Shown piece after piece: positions 59,101 through 64,000 of a stretch of DNA of 64,000 nucleotides. Under the pieces are notes generated by a model. The model was not told the origin of the DNA. It saw nothing but the letters and a program-made list of their open reading frames with translations, and did not search any database. This DNA is from Octopus sinensis. Lineage: Eukaryota. The number at the start of each line of letters is the position of its first letter. Within the stretch, counting starts at the first letter, position 1. The translations under genes were made by a program, and so were the position numbers. The stretch covers positions 104,532,001-104,596,000 of the forward strand of contig NC_043001.1 in NCBI RefSeq assembly GCF_006345805.1, read 5' to 3'.

Positions 59101-59464
59101 TTAAAACTTACATACATGCACATGATGAACAAAATTAATATTAATACTAATAATCTAATATAGATAAAATGTCAAATGTTTTGGTGTGTGACTTTTGGCC
59201 TACCCTGTATATGCACATATATGAGAGGTTCTTTCAATTTCCATTTATTTAATTGTCGGAAAAAGCACTGATTCTGTCATGGCCATCTTGGAAAACACTT
59301 GCTCAAGATACTACACAGTGGGACTGAAACTGAAATCACATGGTTGAGAAACAAATTTCCTAACTGCACATTCTCGGCTGGGCTTGTGTATTCTTACAAA
59401 TAAAAAAATAAATAAACAGTATGAACTAACCTCGATATCTCCAAAGTACTCTCTTGCTAATTTT
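445..59464 (-). CDS. Internal part of a multi-micro-exon gene (24 exons, e1-e24 in transcription order) encoding a tandem ~32-33 aa / ~65 aa helical-repeat protein; unrecognised, PAH-like by inference
   Basis: 24 segments bounded by minus-strand AG/GT sites with pyrimidine-rich acceptors. Phases alternate strictly 0->2 and 2->0. The spliced frame is open through e1-e18 (873 nt) and through e20-e24. Peptide: [291 protein letters not shown] [e19, +1] [85 protein letters not shown]. Confidence 0.88.
1698..1731 (-). CDS. e23, short exon (34 nt): [11 protein letters not shown]
   Basis: cttttgcag|GAGACTTGC...TCTCAG|gttagt. Confidence 0.87.
2777..2841 (-). CDS. e22, long type-A exon (65 nt): [21 protein letters not shown](R)
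   Basis: aaacttttttag|GAATATAAA...GATGTCAG|gtaagt. Confidence 0.87.
3290..3690 (+). repeat. tRNA-headed SINE with internal (CA)n/(GT)n
   Basis: ggtaagaa...ggttcagtcc...gggcaagtgtcttctactatagcc; homologous copy at 31880-32590; related reverse copies at 52080-52360, 53050-53310 and 59240-59370. Confidence 0.65.
4753..4786 (-). CDS. e21, short exon (34 nt): [11 protein letters not shown]
   Basis: cttttgcag|GGCTCTAGC...ACAAAA|gtgagt. Confidence 0.87.
5493..5554 (-). CDS. e20, long type-C exon (62 nt): [20 protein letters not shown](K)
   Basis: gaatatttatag|GGTTACAAA...GAAGCTAA|gtaaat. Confidence 0.87.
8874..8908 (-). CDS. e19, short exon with one extra base (35 nt); ancestral frame ~[11 protein letters not shown]; the incoming frame hits TAA
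   Basis: cttttgcag|GAACGCTGGTAGAGAAACACTTTAAAAAGCATGAG|gttagt; one base longer than its paralogues e11, e15 and e23. Confidence 0.7.
10573..10637 (-). CDS. e18, long type-A exon (65 nt): [21 protein letters not shown](K)
   Basis: aaacttttctag|GAATATAAA...GCGGCAAA|gtaagt. Confidence 0.85.
10711..11930 (+). mobile_element. Mariner (Tc1/mariner) DNA transposon, near full length, decayed
   Basis: TA on both sides; imperfect TIRs (tcaag...agtaagcaacgttttgaa vs tcaag...agtaagaagcgttttgaa); interrupted transposase with [14 protein letters not shown] and [22 protein letters not shown] motifs. Confidence 0.92.
13674..13707 (-). CDS. e17, short exon (34 nt): [11 protein letters not shown]
   Basis: cttttgcag|GGATGTGGC...ACAAAA|gtgagt. 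Confidence 0.88.
15393..20016 (+). mobile_element. Ty3/Gypsy LTR retrotransposon, full length, heavily decayed
   Basis: LTRs at about 15393-15727 and 19506-20016; 5-bp TSD ctttt on both sides; purine tract before the 3' LTR; gag-like ORF 15774-16211; RT ([19 protein letters not shown]), RNase H ([13 protein letters not shown]) and integrase ([25 protein letters not shown]) remnants with many stops and frameshifts. Confidence 0.92.
19771..19976 (+). repeat. Short interspersed (SINE-like) repeat nested in the 3' LTR of the Gypsy element
   Basis: Interrupts the alignment of the 3' LTR to the 5' LTR. The motif gagttcaaattctgcc..ggttgactttgcctttcatc..aagtaccagttg recurs in reverse orientation at about 1-130, 13890-14010, 22440-22630, 33170-33380, 35690-35890, 43490-43640 and 49070-49280. 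Confidence 0.7.
20390..21540 (+). mobile_element. RTE-clade LINE, 3' RT fragment, decayed
   Basis: [22 protein letters not shown] (YADD equivalent); ORF 20711-21115 with FHYLGD and [13 protein letters not shown]. Confidence 0.85.
21560..22262 (+). mobile_element. RTE LINE fragment (linker to start of RT), copy 1
   Basis: Plus-strand [48 protein letters not shown]; near-identical copy at 34735-35520. Confidence 0.8.
22734..22795 (-). CDS. e16, long type-C exon (62 nt): [20 protein letters not shown](M)
   Basis: gaatatttgcag|GATTATGAC...AGAACTAT|gtaaat. Confidence 0.85.
24005..25250 (+). mobile_element. Helitron fragment (PIF1-type helicase), internally deleted
   Basis: ORF 24288-25070: [13 protein letters not shown] (motif I), IAVASSG, LIVWDE, DFRQTLP; out of frame [23 protein letters not shown]; 5' TC start after A (a|tctataatat). 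Confidence 0.88.
27460..27493 (-). CDS. e15, short exon (34 nt): [11 protein letters not shown]
   Basis: cttttgcag|GAAACTTGT...CGTGAG|gttagt. Confidence 0.88.
27722..27975 (+). repeat. Abundant short repeat matching the RTE 3' tail with a (GAT)n end (SINE or truncated LINE). Further copies at about 147-325, 5030-5270, 9410-9620, 9955-10170, 12460-12660, 30190-30420, 30830-31030, 39770-40100, 41660-41830, 42990-43260, 58670-58880 and 61620-61923
   Basis: Shared motif ggcgttaggaagggcatccagctgtagaaac...cccatgctagcatggaaaa.ggacgttaaacgatgatgat in either orientation. Confidence 0.8.
28549..29580 (-). pseudogene. PRPSAP: Processed pseudogene of phosphoribosyl pyrophosphate synthase-associated protein (PRPSAP1/2-like)
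   Basis: ORF 28949-29650 has [17 protein letters not shown] and [22 protein letters not shown]; it continues after a frameshift and stop as [20 protein letters not shown], then [28 protein letters not shown]-stop; no introns. Confidence 0.92.
31439..31503 (-). CDS. e14, long type-A exon (65 nt): [21 protein letters not shown](R)
   Basis: aaactcttctag|GAATATGAA...GATGCCAG|gtatgt. Confidence 0.88.
31973..32281 (+). repeat. tRNA-headed SINE nested in another SINE
   Basis: Head ggcacatagcctagtggttagagcag (A-box) and B-box-like gggtttgaatctc; (AAC)n tail; flanked by the direct repeat tcttctactata; second copy at 55913-56220. Confidence 0.8.
32883..32916 (-). CDS. e13, short exon (34 nt): [11 protein letters not shown]
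   Basis: cttttgtag|TAAACTAGC...TACACG|gttcgt (atypical donor context). Confidence 0.78.
34735..35520 (+). mobile_element. RTE LINE fragment, copy 2 (co-duplicated with the gene module)
   Basis: Antisense ORF 35119-35514 nearly matches 21986-22258; identical junction with host sequence (gaaggaaacaaatgtttggactaggaattcc). Confidence 0.8.
36016..36077 (-). CDS. e12, long type-C exon (62 nt): [20 protein letters not shown](I)
   Basis: gaatatttatag|GATTTTCAA...AAAGCTAT|gtaaat. Confidence 0.88.
36535..37160 (-). mobile_element. RTE LINE fragment (5' part of RT)
   Basis: ORF 36529-36741: [48 protein letters not shown]. Confidence 0.85.
37722..37755 (-). CDS. e11, short exon (34 nt): [11 protein letters not shown]
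   Basis: tttctcttgcag|GAAAGTTGC...CGTAAG|gttagt. Confidence 0.88.
39079..39730 (+). mobile_element. piggyBac-like transposase fragment, decayed
   Basis: Acidic N-terminus (SDFEGF..SSDEED), then [23 protein letters not shown] and [13 protein letters not shown], as in piggyBac/PGBD transposases; stops and frameshifts. Confidence 0.72.
40467..40531 (-). CDS. e10, long type-A exon (65 nt): [21 protein letters not shown](K)
   Basis: aaactcttctag|GATTATAAA...GACATCAA|gtatgt. Confidence 0.88.
40709..41237. repeat. Head-to-head inverted pair of tRNA-derived SINEs (~250-bp arms)
   Basis: Right arm ggcgtagtggctaagagcgcgggctactaaccccaagattccaagttcgattcc... is the reverse complement of the left arm; the whole unit is flanked by the direct repeat agaataaaga (40699-40708 and 41238-41247). 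Confidence 0.85.
42848..42881 (-). CDS. e9, short exon (34 nt): [11 protein letters not shown]
   Basis: cttttgtag|GAAACTAGC...CACAAG|gttagt. Confidence 0.88.
44052..44113 (-). CDS. e8, long type-C exon (62 nt): [20 protein letters not shown](K)
   Basis: gaatatttatag|GACTATGAA...AAAACTAA|gtaaat. Confidence 0.88.
45575..45602 (-). CDS. e7, short exon (28 nt): ELAENCFSK
   Basis: cttttgtag|GGAACTAGC...TCAAAG|gttagt; length 3n+1. Confidence 0.82.
47175..47239 (-). CDS. e6, long type-A exon (65 nt): [21 protein letters not shown](L)
   Basis: aaacttttctag|GGTATGTTT...AAAGCTTT|gtaagt. Confidence 0.85.
47520..47842 (-). repeat. tRNA-headed SINE
   Basis: Minus strand gtgcatggcttagttgttagggtattcagctc...gagtttgattccc...ccttgagcaagacactt. 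Confidence 0.65.
48795..48831 (-). CDS. e5, short exon (37 nt): [12 protein letters not shown]
   Basis: cttttgcag|GAAAACAGC...CCCTCG|gttagt; length 3n+1. Confidence 0.85.
51216..51277 (-). CDS. e4, long type-C exon (62 nt): [20 protein letters not shown](L)
   Basis: gaatatttatag|GAGTATGAA...GAAGTTTT|gtaagt. Confidence 0.88.
52099..52220. repeat. (CA)n microsatellite. Other SSRs: (AT)n 327-360 and 5368-5401, (ACT/ACC)n 27000-27066, (GT)n 32370-32399, (CA)n 53080-53155
   Basis: Directly visible tandem dinucleotide and trinucleotide runs. Confidence 0.95.
53711..53741 (-). CDS. e3, short exon (31 nt): [10 protein letters not shown]
   Basis: cttttgcag|GATATTAGTG...CTACCG|gttagt; length 3n+1. 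Confidence 0.85.
54390..55240 (-). mobile_element. Helitron 3' fragment (helicase C-terminus plus 3' terminus)
   Basis: ORF 54951-55232 [32 protein letters not shown], then MSINKSQG and [14 protein letters not shown]; ends ...gcagtgccgggctatactgCTAA|T (CTRR end before T); absent from the paralogous intron at about 46220. Confidence 0.85.
55913..56220 (+). repeat. tRNA-headed SINE (same family as 31973-32281)
   Basis: Same head and (AAC)n tail; flanking direct repeat attg(g/a)gacccta. Confidence 0.8.
56655..56719 (-). CDS. e2, long type-A exon (65 nt): [21 protein letters not shown](E)
   Basis: aaacttttctag|AAATATAGA...GAAACCGA|gtaagt; open frame. Confidence 0.85.
57132..58404 (-). mobile_element. 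Mariner DNA transposon, full length with frameshifts, D,D34D
   Basis: TA on both sides; 27-bp TIRs with 3 mismatches (tcaggtcatcccataagttctgtccga); [24 protein letters not shown] and [13 protein letters not shown], with 34 residues between the last two catalytic Asp. Confidence 0.95.
59431..59464 (-). CDS. e1, short exon (34 nt, phase 2->0): [11 protein letters not shown]
   Basis: atttattttgcag|AAAATTAGCAAG...GATATCGAG|gttagt. Confidence 0.85.
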
Positions 59465-60084
59465 CTGCAAAATAAATAGAGACATGCAACTTTTTTTTAC
59501 ATCTTCAGACAGAGAAACATTATAAGATTATAGCTTTTTCTACAATTTATTTCTTCTTTTTCTTCTTTACCACCATCACTATCACCACCGCCAATAACAA
59601 CAAAAACCATCATTATTTAACATCCATTTTCTCTTAGACATGGATTTTTTTTAAATATTCAAATTTAGATTTCTACTTTATTTTAAGTAATTTCATGACT
59701 GACCCTCATTAGGGGTTTCACTCTTGGCTATGTACATAGTACCAAATTATTAATACTTATCTCTCAGCAATGACAGAAATATTTGGTTTCAAATTTTTGC
59801 ACAAGCCAGCAATTTTGAGAGAGTGGGTAAGCTGATGTTACTGACCCCAGTGATCAACTAGTACTTATATTTTGTTCATTTCCATCTTTTTCAGTTTCAT
59901 ATGTTACATTGGCATAGCAATATTTGTCTTCTTGTGAAATAAATATTGTTATCATAAAACCACTCAAGATAACTTTGCTGTATTTGAAGTTCATGTATTC
60001 AGACTGTTGTTGTTTAACCCTAGGACAGCCCAGATAAAGCAGACCATTGATCCAAGATATTCTAGCCATAAGCAACACTACCAT

Positions 60085-61620
60085 CATCGGCATCATCATC
60101 ATCATCCAATGTCCATTTTCCATGCTAGCATGGGTTGGAGAGTTTGACCAGAGCTGGCAAGCCAGACAGCTGCACCAAGTTCCATTCTGCTTCAGTATGG
60201 TTCCTATGTCTGGATGCCCTTCTAACATCAACCACTTTACGTTGTGTGTGGGGTGCTTTTTACATGGTGCTGACACAAGCGCTTTTATGTGGCACTGACA
60301 TGAGTGCTTTGTATGTGACACTGGCACAGGATGCTTGCAGGCCAATTCTCTTCACCAGGGGATGTGGCCTTAATACTTCTGCTGTGGAGTACAGATCTTC
60401 TTGAGCATACCAAGGCACCAGGTATTTCGGTCCTTTGTCATCTTATCTGAAAGGTTTAGTGCCTTGAGGTTGTCCTTCAGTACTTCATCCCATGTCTTCC
60501 CCATGTTCCATCCACTTTGAGAGACAGGCATTTCTTTAAAGAGCTGTCAGCATCCATCTGCATCAGATGATCAAACCAGTGCAGTCTTCCCTTTTGCACA
60601 CTGCATCTAATTCTTCTTATGCCCAACTTTTCTTTCATTACACTAGCACTCTGTTGCATATGTACACTTACATTACATATCCAGTGAAGCATATTTGCCT
60701 CATTCATCTCTAGCCTTCACATGTTTTCTGCATTCAGGGCTCACAACTCACTACCATGTAGAATTGCTGTCCATACACATGCTTCATACAATCTTCTTTT
60801 CACTCGGAGAGAGAAATCTTTGGTAGCCAGCAGAGCTAAAAGCTTTCTGAATTTTCTCCATCCTAGTCTTATTCTAGCTATTACACTCTCTGTACATCCT
60901 ACGTCACTATCAATTTTATCCCTTTGGTAGCAGAAATCATCCACTACCCCTAATGACATGCCAGGGCATTTGAGAAAGTCAATTTCCCATGTATCAGTAG
61001 TTTTTATGGCTTCGGTGCATATTCCACATACAAACACTATTTTTTCTCTGATAACCTCCCTATTACTCCACTGCACCTCATGTGTCCATAGCTAACACCG
61101 AGTACACCAAATGGAATTCTTGCCTACACCTTCCCTATAAATCGAGCATGGTCACCTACCTGAAGGGAGTAGGGTCCTGTTTGTTTTCTAGCTTATGAAG
61201 ACCTTAGTCTTTGCTAAGTTAACCATAAGGTTCTTAGATTCCAGGTTTTACTTTCAACACTGGGAATTTCTTTTCTAGCCTTGATAAAGAATCTGCTGTG
61301 AGGGCAAGATCATCAGCATAATAGATCCCAGGAGTTGCTGGTCTTGAATTCCTCTGTTATAACCTGGAGGACAATGATGAAAAGGAGGAGACTGAGGACT
61401 GAGACTTGATGAATGTCTATCTGTACACCAAATTCTTTGTACTTGTGGTTAACACTGATCTTGCTCACAATGTCTCTGTATATGGCCTATACAGCTTTTA
61501 CAAACAACTTGTCTACCCCTAACCTCCTCAGAGCCCATCATATCACACAGTGAGTTACTCTATTGAAGGCTTTCTCTAGATCAATAAATACCAAGTACAA
61601 TGGTTTATTCTTAGCTATAG
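60085..61620 (-). mobile_element. RTE LINE, 5'-truncated (RT, 3' UTR and (GAT)n tail)
   Basis: YLVFIDLEKAFNR, LSPLLFII, LYADDLAL; ORF 60741-61076; the 3' UTR ends ccatgctagcatggaaaatggacattggatgatgatg. Confidence 0.88.
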
Positions 61621-61924
61621 TGACACCTGACTGGCTCAAGTGTGGTTGATGCCAGTGCCACCTGATTGGCTCCCATGCTGGTGGCACGTAAAAACCATCA
61701 TTCAAGCATGGTCAACACCAGTACCACCTGACTGGCCCCTGTGCCAGTGGCACACTAAAAGCACCCACTAGACTCTCAGAATAGTTAGTGTTAGGAGGGG
61801 CATCAAGCTGTAGAAGCCTTGCCAGATCGGATTGGAGCCTGGTGCAGCCTCCTGGCTTGCCAGTCCTCAGTCAAACCGTCAAACCCATGCCATCATGGAA
61901 AGTGGACGTTAAACGATGATGATG

Positions 61925-62810
61925 TGGTGGTATCAAAAAGTTCCCAGACTAGTTATGTTTAATAAAAAATAACTTATTTACTTAAGTTTTAACATCACCG
62001 CCTTCAAAATAGTCACCTTGTGCAGCAGTAACTAGTTCTAGTTTTCTTGCCATTTTTGGAATCTAGCCTGGAAGTCGTTTTCCATAAGCTAGTCAAAGAC
62101 CTTCTGCAATTCCCTCTTGATCTCAAAACCCAATTCTTGTCACCAGTGATAATACTGACAAAAAGGATGGGTCACCAGCAGTGTGCTGATGGATAGCTCA
62201 ACAGACTTCAACATGATGTTCTTTCTGTTCAGTGGTCAGCAGACAAGGGGACAAACTTTGCAGAGACATGCCACATGTTCAATCCAGATGTTAGGATTGC
62301 CTGCATGGATCCAAACAACAGACCAACAACATTGGCAATGTTGTTGATTGTCGTTCCGTGATCCTTGTGCACAAGCTGATGAATTTTCTCCATATTTCCA
62401 GGGATGACACTTGTGGCAGGTCTTCCAGATTGCTCATTATCTTCCAAGAATGTTCTTTCACTTTTGAAGCACCTGTACCACTAAAAACATTGTGTACGAC
62501 CCACTGTTTAATTGCTGTAAGCTTGCCAAAGCATGCACAATGTGTCAGTAGGAGACTTCCCAAGTTTAACACAAAATTTCATTTTGCCTCATTGTTCCAA
62601 CTTCCAATCGATGACAAAATCACAGACTACAGCATACAAGTGATCACAAAAACACAATCTCACAACTTTCAAACTAAACACAGAAACATCACTTGGCATA
62701 CTCCCTTATGAAGGTCACAGCTAACCCTCACTATGCACACAACTGTGTGCTGCCATCTACTGGTGCACTACAGAACTTGTCTGTGAACTTCTTGCAGTTG
62801 CCTTACTATG
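61925..62810 (-). mobile_element. Mariner element, internally deleted
   Basis: ORF 62229-62447 EDNEQSGRPATS..IANVVG..GS..IL..LNM.HVSAKFVP (transposase helix-turn-helix region); TIR-like ends gtatcaaaaagttcccagacta / aagaagttcacagacaa. Confidence 0.8.
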
Positions 62811-63083
62811 CAAATAGTATCAGTAGTGTTTCTCTGCAGGATGAAGCCAAACGGCCATATTATTCAATGTATTCCTTCTGTAGAATATTTCAAGTAAGCA
62901 GATTAACTTGCAGAAACTTTATTTGTGATTCCTTTTTAAAATTTATTCCTTTTTAAGATAATAAGTTATGAATGTATAGAGAATCTTTTGTTGCTTGATT
63001 GCACAATAGGTAATTCATAAGTGTCATATAAATTACTTGTAGGCATGTGGTATTTTGTTACGCAATCATAATATACTATAAAG

Positions 63084-63791
63084 CAGTGGCGGCTTGAAGA
63101 TAAAATTAGTGAGGGTGTTGCTTCAGAAAATTTTTAGCCCTTGTTTTGATACTGTGTAAAAGGAAACAAACATATAAAAAAAAAATTTATATGTAAACCT
63201 GATTGGTTTGTATTTTAGCCACTGCTGGGTAGTGTGTTCAATTTGCTCACTGCACATCACCATGAATTCCCCCTTGTTTTTCAAAAATCCCTGCTAAATC
63301 ACAAAATAAGGGAGGAAAATCTACCCTATTTTTCAAATCCTGGAAACAACACTGAAGCTGGAAGCAGGATAATAATCTAATTCTACACTTTATCACATTC
63401 AAGAATAGAAACATGTTTTTAAGCACAACACACACGGAATTAAAAAGAAACACTACCTTTCACCAGCACACCAGAGTCAGAGCTGCGTGAACAACAGTGC
63501 TCTCTCTTCCTAGAGTGCAGCTTCGTATCTCGGACAAGTGGGCATGCACACAACAACCAAACACCACGTCGCTGGAACTGAGAGGTGCACAGTTCTATTC
63601 AAGGATTTTTTTATTTTATTTTCATAAACTAGGGGATGGCAACTGACATTAAGCTTAAGGATTATATAATGTACAAGTATAAAGAAAAAATTAAGGGAAA
63701 AAAGGACTCATTATATTGAATGATATTGATAATATTGAGTGGAAATAGGGGTTGCTGCAGTTCCACAGTACCTATACACGAGCCGCCACTG
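63084..63791. mobile_element. Non-autonomous hAT-type element (MITE)
   Basis: Perfect 11-bp TIR cagtggcggct / agccgccactg; perfect 8-bp TSD ctataaag (63076-63083 and 63792-63799); no transposase ORF. Confidence 0.88.
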
Positions 63792-64000
63792 CTATAAAGT
63801 ATATTAAATGTTTTATGAGTCAACGCCATGTTCTACTGTATTAGTAGTGCTTTTACATTATTTTGTTAAGGTTATTTCAACAGAAATTAAAGCCAACACT
63901 GATTTTTGCTCTGTGTTTTGCAAAAAATCAGCGCTGGCTATAATTTCTATAGAAATAACCTTAACAAAATAAGTGTTATAATCTAGATTTATCATTTGAT

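Noticed and set aside
1698-59464. CRISPR-like pattern: conserved flanks around variable ~34-nt segments
   Set aside because: The segments are kilobases apart in eukaryotic DNA, bounded by AG/GT splice sites and translate in a consistent frame; they are exons, and there are no cas genes

Overview
AT-rich animal genomic DNA. The repeat families (tRNA-headed SINEs, (GAT)n-tailed RTE-type repeats, dense microsatellites) look like those of Octopus; this is from recall, not a search. The window is the interior of one large minus-strand gene that the ORF track misses because it is split into 24 micro-exons (28-65 nt, all AG...GT bounded). Long exons (62/65 nt, phase 0->2) strictly alternate with short exons (28-37 nt, phase 2->0). 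Spliced, they give about 388 codons of a tandem ~32-33 aa helical repeat, arranged as six 4-exon, ~65 aa super-repeats duplicated together with their introns. Paralogous introns are about 93-96% identical by hand count, while several paralogous exons are only about 59-65% identical with almost all changes amino-acid altering, the pattern expected under diversifying selection. The repeat resembles a PAH (paired amphipathic helix)-like four-helix unit (inference). One exon (8874-8908) has a +1 frameshift. The start and end of the gene lie outside the window. The introns hold a decayed Ty3/Gypsy LTR element, three mariner elements, two Helitron fragments, a piggyBac fragment, several RTE LINE fragments, a hAT-type MITE, SINEs (including a head-to-head inverted pair) and a processed PRPSAP pseudogene.
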